The translations under genes and the position numbers were made by a program. Positions 9,782 to 18,850 of a DNA stretch of 40,777 bases are shown in pieces; position 1 is the first letter of the stretch, and each line of letters opens with the position of its first letter. Location of the stretch: contig DATJDY010000072.1 of the NCBI GenBank assembly GCA_035497155.1, positions 1 to 40,777 on the forward strand, given 5' to 3'. The DNA comes from Luteimonas sp. Its GTDB lineage: Bacteria > Pseudomonadota > Gammaproteobacteria > Xanthomonadales > Xanthomonadaceae. Under the pieces are notes generated by a model, which was given only the letters and a program-made list of their open reading frames with translations, was not told the origin of the DNA and searched no databases.

Positions 9782-11013
9782 CGCTGATCGATATCCTGCG
9801 CACCGCGGTGTTCGCGCTGCGCGGCAACTGGATGCGCAGCGCGCTGACCTCGCTCGGCGTGATCATCGGCATCGCCGCCGTCATCGTGATGGTCTCGGTG
9901 GGGCAGGGTACGCAGCGCGAGATCGACAAGCTCGTGTCGGGCCTGGGCTCGCAGCGCCTCGACGTTTCGCCCGGCTCGCGCCGGGGCCCGGGCGGCGCGC
10001 GCATGAGTTCGAGCAGCTTCTTCACCCTCACCGAAGGCGATGTCGGCGCGATCCGCAACGAGATCCCGGAAGTGCAGTACGTCGCCGGCTCGCTGCGCGG
10101 CAACACCCAGGTCGTGTACGCCGAGAACAACGCCTCCACCAGCTGGCAGGGCGTGGAGCCCGACTGGTTCGCGATCAACGACTGGAAGATCGCCCAGGGC
10201 GCCGCCTTCGACGCGCAGGCCTACGGCAGCGCAGCCAAGGAAGTGGTGATCGGCGACACCGTGCGGCGCACGCTGTTCGGCGACGACAGCGGCGTCGGGC
10301 AAACGATCCGGCTCGGGCGCGTGCCGTTCACCGTGGTCGGCACGCTCGAGGCGAAGGGCCAGGGCGGCTTCGGCCAGGACCAGGACGACGTGGTGATGGT
10401 GCCGATGGAAACCGGCCGCCGCCGCCTGCTTGGCGCCATGGGCCTGCCGCCCGGCGCGGTGATGCAGATCGCGCTCACCGTCGGCGACGCGCGCGACCTG
10501 ACCTACGCGCAGACCGAAGTCGAGGGCCTGCTGCGCCAACGCCACAAGATCAAGCCCGGCGCGGACGACGACTTCACCGTGCGCAACATCAGCGAGATCG
10601 TGGCCACCCGCACCGCGACCACCAACCTGATGTCCAAGCTGCTCGGCGCGGTTGCGACCATCTGCCTGGTGATCGGGGGCATCGGCATCATGAACATCAT
10701 GCTGGTGTCGGTCACCGAGCGCATCCGCGAGATCGGCCTGCGCATGGCCGTGGGCGCGGGCCCGAAGGACGTGCGCCGGCAGTTCCTCGCCGAGGCGATG
10801 CTGATCTCGCTGATCGGCGGCGTCATCGGCATCGCGATCGGCGTGGTCGGCGCGTTGCTGGTCGGCAAGTTCAGCGAACTGCCGGTGGCCCTGAACGGCC
10901 AGGTCGTCGGGCTCGCCGCGGCGTTCTCGATCGCGACCGGCCTGTTCTTCGGCTACTACCCCGCGCGCAAGGCCTCCCAGCTCGACCCCATCGAAGCCCT
11001 TCGCCAGTCCTGA
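9778..11013 (+). CDS. MacB/FtsX-type ABC permease
   Basis: RSALTSLGVIIGIAAVI, GGIGIMNIMLVSVTERIREIGLRMAVGA, GYYPARKASQLDPIEALR. Confidence 0.93.
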   Translation: MTLIDILRTAVFALRGNWMRSALTSLGVIIGIAAVIVMVSVGQGTQREIDKLVSGLGSQRLDVSPGSRRGPGGARMSSSSFFTLTEGDVGAIRNEIPEVQYVAGSLRGNTQVVYAENNASTSWQGVEPDWFAINDWKIAQGAAFDAQAYGSAAKEVVIGDTVRRTLFGDDSGVGQTIRLGRVPFTVVGTLEAKGQGGFGQDQDDVVMVPMETGRRRLLGAMGLPPGAVMQIALTVGDARDLTYAQTEVEGLLRQRHKIKPGADDDFTVRNISEIVATRTATTNLMSKLLGAVATICLVIGGIGIMNIMLVSVTERIREIGLRMAVGAGPKDVRRQFLAEAMLISLIGGVIGIAIGVVGALLVGKFSELPVALNGQVVGLAAAFSIATGLFFGYYPARKASQLDPIEALRQS

Positions 11014-11071
11014 CGCAGTGTTTCAGTCGCTTCGGCGCTGGCAGACGGAAGCGGTGATCGCCTCCGGGGCT

Positions 11072-11186
11072 GGGCGACGCGACGACGTGCGTGTGGTCCG
11101 CCGCGTCGACGAGTCGTCCAGGACTCACTCCGCGGGCGCGGGCCATCCATGGCCCGCTCGGCCCACACACACGCCGTCACGCCGCC
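11072..11186. repeat. Palindromic extragenic element 1 (imperfect ~28-bp terminal inverted repeats, inner GCCATCCATGGC hairpin)
   Basis: ggcgacgcgacgacgtgcgtgtggtccg pairs with cggcccacacacacgccgtcacgccgcc (5 mismatches, 4 of them G-U on the minus strand); inner hairpin gcgggccatccatggcccgc at 11138-11157. Confidence 0.7.
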
Positions 11187-11243
11187 GCGCCAAGCTTGGC
11201 TCCCCGCTTCTTTCAGTTCAGAGCGAGAATCGGCAGCGTGCAG

Positions 11244-11359
11244 GGGCGGTGAGCGCGGGTGGGGACTTCCGGGGGCGTCGGCGCCATGGATGGCGCCGAA
11301 GAGCCTGCATGGACGTATTCACGGCGTCCCCCGGAAGTCCCTGCCCGCGCTCACCGCCC
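11244..11359. repeat. Palindromic extragenic element 2 (Xanthomonadaceae REP/MITE-like)
   Basis: 32-bp arms at 11244-11275 and 11328-11359 (30/32 complementary, both mismatches G-U on the plus strand). Inner hairpin tcggcgccatggatggcgccga. The core reads GGACGCCGTGAATACGTCCATG on the minus strand, recalled from Xanthomonas/Stenotrophomonas dispersed repeats. Confidence 0.8.
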
Positions 11360-11376
11360 AGCCCCGAAGGCGATGC

Positions 11377-12846
11377 TCAAGCGGCGGAGGCGGCGTGGGT
11401 GCGGGCGAGGCGGCGGAGGAGCGGGAGCAGCAGGATCGCCAGCAGCGCCGCCCCGCAGGCCGCGTAGCCCAGGTGCAGGAACAACCCCGTGTAGATCGGC
11501 AACGTCGCCACCGGATCCGTCACGCCGTCCGGCACGCTCGCGTAATTCGCCACCACGCTGCCCAGGTACTGCGACACGCCGACGCCGACGTAATAGGCGC
11601 CCATCATGAAGCCGCCCATCCGCGCCGGCACGTAGCGCGCCATCACGGCGAGCCCGAGCCCGCTGACCAGCAATTCCCCGAGCGCGAGCAACGCGTAGCC
11701 CCACACCATGTACCAGGACGAGACGCGGCCCTCGACGGCGCTGGCGCCGCTGAAGGCGAACACGAAGAAGCCCGCGGCGACGATCGCGAAGCCGAGCGCG
11801 AACTTCGACGCGATCGACGGGTCGCGCCCGCTGCGGCCCAGCCGCGTGTACAGCGTCGCCAGCAGCGGCCCGAGGATGAAGATCCAGATCGGATCCAGCA
11901 CCTGGTACTGCGCCGGGATCCAGGTGAACAGGTGGATGCCGAACAGCGACTGCTGCCAGTCGACGTTGCGCAGCGCGAACAGCGTCAGCGATGTCGTCAT
12001 CTGCTGGTAGAAGATGAAATACAGCACCACCTGCAGCGTCAGCACCAGGGCTGCGACGAGGCCGGCACGCTCGGACGGCAGGCCGCGCGCGATCAGCCAG
12101 GCGAAGATGGCGAGCACCGCGATGCAGGCTGCGTACACCAGCGCGACGGCGACTTCGCGGTGCTGCAGTACCGCCGCCACCACGAACACGAGCAGGACCG
12201 CGCCCGCGAGCACGGCGGCGAGCGCCTTCCAGCGAACCGGCTGCTCGTCGGGCGTCGAGCCGACGCCGTGGAGCGTGCGCCGCAGCAGCGCATAGTTCGC
12301 CAGGCCCAGCAACAGCCCGATCGAGCACACCGCGAACGCCGCGTGCCAGCCGTACCGCGCGCCGATCCACGGCGTGAGCAGCTGCGACATCGTCGAGCCG
12401 ACGTTGACCGCGATGTAGTACCAGGTGAACGCCGCATCGATGCGCGCGCTGTCGCCTTCGTAGATGCGGCGGACCATGTTCGCCGAGTTCGCCTTGAACA
12501 AGCCGTTGCCGACGACCACCGTGCCCAGCGCGATGTACAGCATCGCGTCGCGCGGCACCGCCATCAGCGCGTAGCCCAGGGCCAGCGCGGCAGTGCCCAG
12601 CAGCAGCGTGCGGCGCGTGCCCAGGATCCGGTCGCCGACCCAGCCGCCGATCGCCGGCATGGCATAGACCAGCGCGGCGAAGGCGCCCCAGGTCAGGTTG
12701 GCGCGGGCGTCGTCGAAACCGAGCCTCTGGACCATGAAAAGGACCAGCAGCGCCGCCATGCCGTAGTAGCCGAAGCGCTCCCACAGCTCGATCAGGAAGA
12801 TGGTCCGGAAGGCCTTCGAGCGGGCCTGTGGCTGGCTGGCGTCCAT
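11377..12846 (-). CDS. Proton-dependent oligopeptide transporter (POT/PTR family)
   Basis: ExxERFxYY motif (ELWERFGYYGM), GGWVGDRILG, GNGLFKAN, multiple TM helices. Confidence 0.93.
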   Translation of the reverse strand: MDASQPQARSKAFRTIFLIELWERFGYYGMAALLVLFMVQRLGFDDARANLTWGAFAALVYAMPAIGGWVGDRILGTRRTLLLGTAALALGYALMAVPRDAMLYIALGTVVVGNGLFKANSANMVRRIYEGDSARIDAAFTWYYIAVNVGSTMSQLLTPWIGARYGWHAAFAVCSIGLLLGLANYALLRRTLHGVGSTPDEQPVRWKALAAVLAGAVLLVFVVAAVLQHREVAVALVYAACIAVLAIFAWLIARGLPSERAGLVAALVLTLQVVLYFIFYQQMTTSLTLFALRNVDWQQSLFGIHLFTWIPAQYQVLDPIWIFILGPLLATLYTRLGRSGRDPSIASKFALGFAIVAAGFFVFAFSGASAVEGRVSSWYMVWGYALLALGELLVSGLGLAVMARYVPARMGGFMMGAYYVGVGVSQYLGSVVANYASVPDGVTDPVATLPIYTGLFLHLGYAACGAALLAILLLPLLRRLARTHAASAA

Positions 12847-12885
12847 GGTGTCGCTCCCCTGCGCCCCAAGCGGGCCCCGGTCCCC

Positions 12886-12915
12886 ATTGTGACAAAACCG
12901 ATTGTGGCAAAATCG
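12886..12915. promoter_or_regulatory. 15-bp tandem direct repeat in the divergent POT/dgkA promoter region; candidate operator
   Basis: attgtgacaaaaccg followed directly by attgtggcaaaatcg (13/15 identical); AT-rich against a GC-rich background. Confidence 0.45.
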
Positions 12916-12996
12916 GGGGATGCCGACTCCCCCGCCGACATTGGCCCAGAACGCCCTCCCGCGCCATCGCGTCGTGGTTTCCGCGGGGCGGGGCTG

Positions 12997-13377
12997 ATGG
13001 CCGACGAAATCGGGCACCTGCCGCGGCGTCCCGGCCGCATCCTGCTGGCGACCAAGTGGTCGCTGCAAGGCCTGCGCGCCGCCTGGCTGCACGAGTCCTC
13101 GTTCCGGCTCGAGGTCTACCTGCTGGTCGTGCTGGGGCCGATGGCACTGGTCCTGGGCGCCAACGGCGTCGAGCGCGCGCTGCTGCTGGGCAGCTGCCTG
13201 CTGGTGCTGGCGATCGAGTTGCTGAATTCCGCCATCGAGGCGGTGATCGAGCGCTACGGCGCCGAACACCACGAACTGGCCGGCCGCGCCAAGGACATGG
13301 GCTCGGCCGCCGTGTTCGTGCTGATGATCAACGTCATCGCCACCTGGGCCCTCGTACTCTGGCCGCGCTTCGCCTGA
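12997..13377 (+). CDS. dgkA: Diacylglycerol kinase
   Basis: HESSFRLE, ELLNSAIEAVIE, AGRAKDMGSAAV. Confidence 0.93.
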   Translation: MADEIGHLPRRPGRILLATKWSLQGLRAAWLHESSFRLEVYLLVVLGPMALVLGANGVERALLLGSCLLVLAIELLNSAIEAVIERYGAEHHELAGRAKDMGSAAVFVLMINVIATWALVLWPRFA

Positions 13378-13417
13378 TGCCCGCGACACCACCCCCAATC
13401 CCCGGATACGCCGTTCG

Positions 13418-14158
13418 ATGACCCTCGCGATGCTTGCCGACCCGCAGACCTGGATCCTGCTGGTCACCCTCAGCTCGATCGAGATCGTCCTCGGCATCGA
13501 CAACCTGGTGTTCATCTCGATCGCGGTGAGCAAGCTGCCGCTGTCCGAGCGCGAGCGCGCGCGCCGCTTCGGCATCGCCGCCGCCTGCGTCACCCGCGTC
13601 GCGCTGCTGTTGACGCTCGCCTACCTGGCGCACATGAAGGCCGACCTGTTCACGCTGTTCGGCAGGGGCTTTTCGGTGCGCGACCTGGTGCTGCTGCTCG
13701 GCGGCATCTTCCTGGTCTTCAAGGGCGTGATGGAGATCCGCGACCAGCTCGCGGGCGAGCCCGAGGCCGAGGACGTACATGCGCGCCCGGCGACCTCCTT
13801 CATGGCGGTGATCGCGCAGATCGCGGTGATCGACATCGTGTTCTCGCTGGATTCGGTGATCGCCGCGGTCGGCATGGCCGACCAGTACGTGCCGGTGATG
13901 GTCGCGGCGATCCTGCTCGCGGTCGCGGTGATGCTGCTGGCCGCCGCGCCGCTGGGCCGCTTCATCGACAACAACCCGACGATCAAGATGCTGGCGCTGG
14001 CCTTCATCGTGCTGATCGGCGCCTACCTCGTGGTCGAGGGCCTCGAGATCCACGTGCCGAAGGGCTACATCTACGGCTCGATGGGCTTCTCGGCGGCGGT
14101 CGAGGGCCTGAACCTCTGGGCCAAGCGCCGCGCGCGCCGGCGGATCGGCGACGGCTGA
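13418..14158 (+). CDS. TerC-family membrane protein
   Basis: EIVLGIDNLVFI, DIVFSLDSVIAAVG, PKGYIYGSMGFS. Confidence 0.92.
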   Translation: MTLAMLADPQTWILLVTLSSIEIVLGIDNLVFISIAVSKLPLSERERARRFGIAAACVTRVALLLTLAYLAHMKADLFTLFGRGFSVRDLVLLLGGIFLVFKGVMEIRDQLAGEPEAEDVHARPATSFMAVIAQIAVIDIVFSLDSVIAAVGMADQYVPVMVAAILLAVAVMLLAAAPLGRFIDNNPTIKMLALAFIVLIGAYLVVEGLEIHVPKGYIYGSMGFSAAVEGLNLWAKRRARRRIGDG

Positions 14159-14246
14159 CGCGACGCGCGGGCCGTTGCGCCGGCTTCGCGCCGGTGCTGC
14201 AATGGTGGCGACCTCCCCGCGCCCGCGGGGCTCAACGGAGTCCGCC

Positions 14247-14912
14247 ATGCGCATCCTGCTGGTCCTCTTGCTCGCCGCCTTCCTGAGCGGCTGCGGTTAC
14301 AACCAGATCCAGTCCAAGGACGAGGCCGTGACCGCGGCCTGGTCGCAGGTCATCAACGTCTACAAGCGCCGCGCCGACCTGGTGCCGAACCTGGTGGCGA
14401 CGGTGAAGGGCTACGCCAGCCACGAGGAGCGCGTCTTCACCGAGGTGACGAATGCGCGCGCGAAGGTCGGCAGCATCAACGTCAATGCCGACGATCCGGC
14501 GTCGCTGCAGCAGTTCCAGCAGGCGCAGGGCGAACTGCAGGGCGCGATCGGCCGGCTGCTCGTCGTCAGCGAGAACTATCCGCAGCTGAAGGCCGACCAG
14601 AACTTCCTGCAACTCCAGGCGCAGCTGGAAGGCACCGAGAACCGGATCACGGTGGAGCGCCAGCGCTACATCGCCGCGGTGCAGGACTACAACACCTACA
14701 TCCGGCGCTTCCCGGTGAACCTCACCGCGAAGATGTTCGGATATGCGGTGAAGCCGAACTTCGGCGTGGAAAACGAGGCCGCGATCCAGCAGGCGCCGAC
14801 CGTGGACTTCGGCGCGCCGCCGGCACCGCCCTCCGTCCCGGCAGCGCCCGCTGCCACGCCAGCGGCGGCGCCGTCCGCGCCCGCAGCGCCGCAACCCGTG
14901 CCAGCGGGCTGA
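14247..14912 (+). CDS. LemA-family lipoprotein
   Basis: Lipobox LSGC, RRADLVPNLV, ENYPQLKA, QLEGTENRI; Pro/Ala-rich tail; RBS GGAG. Confidence 0.92.
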   Translation: MRILLVLLLAAFLSGCGYNQIQSKDEAVTAAWSQVINVYKRRADLVPNLVATVKGYASHEERVFTEVTNARAKVGSINVNADDPASLQQFQQAQGELQGAIGRLLVVSENYPQLKADQNFLQLQAQLEGTENRITVERQRYIAAVQDYNTYIRRFPVNLTAKMFGYAVKPNFGVENEAAIQQAPTVDFGAPPAPPSVPAAPAATPAAAPSAPAAPQPVPAG

Positions 14913-14915
14913 CGC

Positions 14916-15812
14916 TTGCTGCGGTTCGCGCGAGCAGTCCTGCTCGCCGTTGCGCTCTGCGCAGCGGCATGGCCGGCGTTCGCGCAACAGCTGGCGCCGA
15001 TCCCGGCGCTTGATTCGCCGGTCGTCGACACCACCGGCACGCTGTCGCAACCGCAACGCGAGCAGCTCGTCCGGCAGGCGCTGGACCTGCAGCAGCGCAA
15101 GGGCAGCCAGCTGCAGGTGCTGGTCGTGCCGACGACGCAGCCGGAAGACATCGCGCAGTACGCGCAGCGCGCCTACGACCAGTGGAAGCTCGGTCGCAAG
15201 GGCGTGGACGACGGCCTGCTGGTACTGGTCGCGAAGGACGACCGCCGCGCGCGCATCCAGCCCGGCTACGGCCTCGAGGGCGCGATCCCGGACGCGACCG
15301 CCGCGCGCGTCATCCAGGAGTACATGGCGCCGAAATTCCGCGCCGGCGACTACGGCGGCGGGCTCGTCGATGCCACCGGCGTGCTGGTGAAGCTCATCGA
15401 CGGCGAGGCGCTGCCCGCGCCCGTGGCCGACAACCGCCCCGAGGGCGGGGGCTCCGGCGGCGACTGGATCTTCGCGCTGTTGGTCGCGTTCATCGTCGCG
15501 CAGTTCGCGCGCGGAATCTTCTCGCGTGCGCCGGCACCGCTGCGCGCGATCGTCGGCGCGGGCGCGGCCGGCGGTGTCGCCTTCCTCATCGCGCAGGCCG
15601 TGCTGGTCGGCGGGGCGGGCGCGGTGATCGGTCTCCTGCTCGGCCTGGCCCACGCGCCCAGCGGCCGCTTTGCGAAGCACGGCGGCTGGGGCGGCTTCGG
15701 TGGCGGAGGCTGGGGTGGCGGCGGTTTCGGCGGCGGTGGCTTCGGCGGAGGCGGCGGCTGGTCGGGCGGCGGTGGCATGAGCGGGGGCGGTGGCGCCTCC
15801 GGAGGCTGGTGA
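14916..15812 (+). CDS. TPM-domain protein (YgcG-like) with a Gly-rich C-terminus
   Basis: Signal peptide, VVDTTGTL, WKLGRKGVDDG, GYGLEGAIPD, tail ending GGGGASGGW. TTG start is uncertain. Confidence 0.88.
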   Translation: MLRFARAVLLAVALCAAAWPAFAQQLAPIPALDSPVVDTTGTLSQPQREQLVRQALDLQQRKGSQLQVLVVPTTQPEDIAQYAQRAYDQWKLGRKGVDDGLLVLVAKDDRRARIQPGYGLEGAIPDATAARVIQEYMAPKFRAGDYGGGLVDATGVLVKLIDGEALPAPVADNRPEGGGSGGDWIFALLVAFIVAQFARGIFSRAPAPLRAIVGAGAAGGVAFLIAQAVLVGGAGAVIGLLLGLAHAPSGRFAKHGGWGGFGGGGWGGGGFGGGGFGGGGGWSGGGGMSGGGGASGGW

Positions 15813-15814
15813 GC

Positions 15815-16324
15815 ATGGACCTGCCGAGCATGGCCTCGCGCCTGTTGCGCCACCTGTTTGCGCCGTCGGCCGCGCGCCGTTTCCCGGAAGATTCGCTGCA
15901 GCGCATCGCCGCGGCGGTCGCCGCGGGCGAGGCGCGCCATCGCGGCGAAGTGTGCTTCGCGGTGGACGCCGCATTGCCCTGGCGCGCGCTGCTCGCCGGC
16001 GGCGATGCGCGTTCCGGCGCGCAGGCCGCGTTCGCGCGCCTGCGGGTGTGGGACACTGCCGCGAACAACGGCGTGCTGCTGTACCTGCTGCTCGCCGACC
16101 GCCGCATCGAAATCGTCGCCGACCGCGGGCTCGCCGGTCTCGCCAGCGACGAGCAGTGGCGCGGCATCTGCGCGCTGATGGAAGAGCGCCTGCGCGCGGG
16201 CGACGCCGAGGGCGCCGCGGTCGCCGGCATCGCCGCGGCCTCGGACCTGCTGGCGCGCCATTTCCCGCGCCAGCCCGGCGACATCGACGAGAACGAGCTG
16301 CCGGACCTGCCGCACCTGTCCTGA
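15815..16324 (+). CDS. TPM-domain protein (second gene of the LemA-TPM cluster)
   Basis: [33 protein letters not shown]. Confidence 0.85.
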   Translation: MDLPSMASRLLRHLFAPSAARRFPEDSLQRIAAAVAAGEARHRGEVCFAVDAALPWRALLAGGDARSGAQAAFARLRVWDTAANNGVLLYLLLADRRIEIVADRGLAGLASDEQWRGICALMEERLRAGDAEGAAVAGIAAASDLLARHFPRQPGDIDENELPDLPHLS

Positions 16325-16367
16325 CCCTTGCGGCACAATAGGGCGGTCCTTCACCGCGGAGCCGCCG

Positions 16368-17264
16368 ATGGCGCCCTGGCTGCACCGGCTCGACCCGATC
16401 GCCCTGCAATTCCCGGAATTCACCGTGTTCGGGGCGACCCTGCATCCGGCGGTGCACTGGTACGGGATCATGTACCTGCTCGCCTTCGCCACCGCCTGGT
16501 GGCTCGGGCGCCTGCGCATCCGCGCCGGCCGCCTGCCGGGCGTCGACGAGGCCGCGTTCGGCGACCTGATGTTCTACGGCATGCTCGGGGTCATCCTCGG
16601 CGGGCGCCTGGGCTACATCCTGTTCTACGACCTGCCGGTCTACCTGCACGATCCGCTGCAGGCGCTGAAGATCTGGGAAGGCGGCATGAGCTTCCACGGC
16701 GGCCTGGTCGGCGTGTGCGTCGCGACGTGGATGTGGGCGCGCCGGCAGAAGCTGCATTTCTTCGACGTGGGCGACTTCATCGCACCGCTGGTGCCGCCCG
16801 GCCTGTTCTTCGGCCGCATGGGCAATTTCATCAATGGCGAACTGTGGGGCAAGTACACCGGCGGCGACTGGGGCGTGATCTTCCCCGGCGCCGAACCGCA
16901 GCTGGCGAACCTGCCCGCGGCGCAGCTGCAGGCGTTGCACGCCAGCGGCGCACTGGACCGTTTCGCGCGCCATCCCTCGCCGCTGTACGAAGCGGCGCTG
17001 GAAGGCCTGGTGATGTTCGCGGTGCTGTGGTGGTACTCGCGCAAGCCGCGGCCGCGCTACGCGGTGGCCGGCCTGTTCGCGCTGATGTACGGGGTTTTCC
17101 GTTTCGCCGTGGAATTCGTGCGCGTGCCCGACATGCAGCTCGACTACCTGGCGCTGGGCTGGGTGACGATGGGCCAGCTGCTGAGCCTGCCGCTCATCGC
17201 GCTCGGCCTGTTCTGGCTGTGGCTGTCGCGGCGTTCGCCGACGCTGGCCCCCGCGGCCCCATGA
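16368..17264 (+). CDS. lgt: Prolipoprotein diacylglyceryl transferase
   Basis: [48 protein letters not shown]. Confidence 0.96.
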   Translation: MAPWLHRLDPIALQFPEFTVFGATLHPAVHWYGIMYLLAFATAWWLGRLRIRAGRLPGVDEAAFGDLMFYGMLGVILGGRLGYILFYDLPVYLHDPLQALKIWEGGMSFHGGLVGVCVATWMWARRQKLHFFDVGDFIAPLVPPGLFFGRMGNFINGELWGKYTGGDWGVIFPGAEPQLANLPAAQLQALHASGALDRFARHPSPLYEAALEGLVMFAVLWWYSRKPRPRYAVAGLFALMYGVFRFAVEFVRVPDMQLDYLALGWVTMGQLLSLPLIALGLFWLWLSRRSPTLAPAAP

Positions 17265-18055
17265 AGCAATACCTCGAACTCCTGCAGCATGTCCTCGAGC
17301 ACGGCACGGAGAAGTCCGACCGCACCGGTACCGGCACGCGCAGCGTGTTCGGCTGGCAGATGCGCTTCGACCTGGGCGAAGGCTTCCCGTTGGTCACGAC
17401 CAAGAAGCTGCACCTGCGCTCGATCGTGCACGAGCTGCTGTGGTTCCTGAAGGGCGAGACCAACATCGCCTACCTGCGCGACAACAAGGTGTCGATCTGG
17501 GACGAGTGGGCCGACGACGCCGGCGAACTCGGCCCGGTCTACGGCAAGCAGTGGCGGCGCTGGGTCGGCACCGACGGCAGCGAGATCGACCAGGTGCGAT
17601 GGGTCGTCGACGAGATCCGGCGCAACCCGGATTCGCGGCGGCTGATCGTGAGCGCCTGGAACGTCGCCGACCTGCCGAAGATGGCGCTGATGCCGTGCCA
17701 CGCGCTGTTCCAGTTCTACGTCGCCGACGGCAAGCTGAGCTGCCAGCTGTACCAGCGCAGCGGCGACATCTTCCTCGGCGTGCCGTTCAACATCGCCAGC
17801 TACGCGCTGCTCACGCACATGGTGGCGCAGGTGTGCGGGCTCGGCGTCGGCGATTTCGTGCACACGCTCGGCGACGCGCACCTGTATTCGAACCACTTCG
17901 AGCAGGCGCGCGAGCAGCTGTCGCGCACGCCGCGGCCGCTGCCTTCGCTGCGCCTGAACCCCGCGGTGGCCTCGCTCGAGGATTTCACGTACGACGACAT
18001 CGCGATCGAGGGCTACGACCCGCTGCCCGCGATCAAGGCGCCGGTGGCGGTGTGA
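17261..18055 (+). CDS. thyA: Thymidylate synthase
   Basis: [37 protein letters not shown]. Confidence 0.97.
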   Translation: MKQYLELLQHVLEHGTEKSDRTGTGTRSVFGWQMRFDLGEGFPLVTTKKLHLRSIVHELLWFLKGETNIAYLRDNKVSIWDEWADDAGELGPVYGKQWRRWVGTDGSEIDQVRWVVDEIRRNPDSRRLIVSAWNVADLPKMALMPCHALFQFYVADGKLSCQLYQRSGDIFLGVPFNIASYALLTHMVAQVCGLGVGDFVHTLGDAHLYSNHFEQAREQLSRTPRPLPSLRLNPAVASLEDFTYDDIAIEGYDPLPAIKAPVAV

Positions 18056-18549
18056 TCGCGCTGTCGCTGGTCGCCGCGCTGGATCGCGGCTATGCCATCG
18101 GCAAGGACAATGCGCTGCCGTGGCACCTTCCCGACGACCTCAAGCGATTCAAGGCGCTCACCCTCGGCAAGCCGGTATTGATGGGCCGCCGCACCGCCGA
18201 ATCGCTGGGCCGCGCACTGCCCGGACGCCGCAATCTCGTGCTGACGCGCAGCGGCCGCGCACCGTTCGAGGGAATGGAAGCGTTTGCGACGCTGGCGCAG
18301 GCGCTCGATGCCGTGCGCGACGCGCCGGAGGCCTGCGTGATCGGCGGCGGCGCCGTGTTCGCCGAAACCCTGCCGCTGGCCGCGCGGATGCACCTGACCT
18401 GGGTCGATACGGAGGTGCAGGGCGCCGATGCCTGGTTCCCGCGATTCGATGCGTCGCAGTGGCGCGCCGACGCCCGCGAAGCACATGCGCCCGATGCCAG
18501 GCACGGGTTCGGGTTCGAGTTCGTCGACTACCACCGCCGCGCAGGCTGA
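18052..18549 (+). CDS. folA: Dihydrofolate reductase
   Basis: [48 protein letters not shown] start overlaps the thyA stop. Confidence 0.95.
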   Translation: MIALSLVAALDRGYAIGKDNALPWHLPDDLKRFKALTLGKPVLMGRRTAESLGRALPGRRNLVLTRSGRAPFEGMEAFATLAQALDAVRDAPEACVIGGGAVFAETLPLAARMHLTWVDTEVQGADAWFPRFDASQWRADAREAHAPDARHGFGFEFVDYHRRAG

Positions 18550-18574
18550 ATGCGCGCAGGTTTTTCCCTATAAT
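18546..18574 (+). promoter_or_regulatory. Putative sigma70 promoter for the peptide/acyltransferase operon
   Basis: Perfect TATAAT at 18569-18574 (rare at this GC content); weak -35 CTGAAT at 18546-18551 with a 17-bp spacer. Confidence 0.55.
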
Positions 18575-18682
18575 CACGACATGCACCAGCCGAAGTTGGC
18601 CGGCTGGTCGCCAGGGGATCCGGGAATTTTCCGGATGGCCGCACCCAGGAGGGTGGGTCCTTACAACAGGAGTAACAACACG

Positions 18683-18850
18683 ATGCAAGCATTGACCCAT
18701 ATGCTCGAGGCCGGGCTGCTGGACCACAACGTCCACGCCGGCGTGCTGGACTCGTTCCACCACGCGCTGGGCAACCTCAGCCTCGCCGAGATCGGCAGCG
18801 ACTGCTGCAGCAGCAACAACTACCCGACGCCGCCGCAGCCGCCGCAGTGA
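18683..18850 (+). CDS. 55-aa small peptide, candidate RiPP precursor (MQALTHMLEAGLLDHNVHAGVLDSFHHALGNLSLAEIGSDCCSSNNYPTPPQPPQ)
   Basis: Strong RBS AGGAG at 18668-18672 in an A-rich context; third codon positions mostly G/C; stop overlaps the next GTG (GTGA). The ORF track shows it only as the tail of 18428..18850. Confidence 0.75.
   Translation: MQALTHMLEAGLLDHNVHAGVLDSFHHALGNLSLAEIGSDCCSSNNYPTPPQPPQ

Noticed and set aside
11014-11376. CRISPR array, tRNA or small CDS in the intergenic region
   Set aside because: No regularly spaced direct repeats, no cloverleaf, and the ORFs crossing it have no protein-like features; the palindromic elements explain it.
7521-12846. MacAB-like exporter and POT importer as dedicated transporters for the candidate peptide
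   Set aside because: They are separated from the peptide operon by eight unrelated genes and there is no sequence evidence of a link.
15681-15810. GGC-rich repetitive tract
   Set aside because: It encodes the normal Gly-rich tail of YgcG/TPM proteins; it is not a CRISPR array or non-coding repeat.
18737-18757. AGVLDSF in the small peptide resembles a carrier-protein phosphopantetheine site (DltC-like GLLDS)
   Set aside because: 55 aa with a Pro-rich tail is too short for the four-helix ACP fold. Kept only as a minor alternative, testable by a PPTase loading assay.
18815-18850. NYPTPPQPP tail looks like the RaxX/PSY sulfopeptide core (DYPPP)
   Set aside because: It has Asn instead of Asp before Tyr, lacks the rest of the RaxX motif, and no RaxST sulfotransferase or RaxAB exporter is present.
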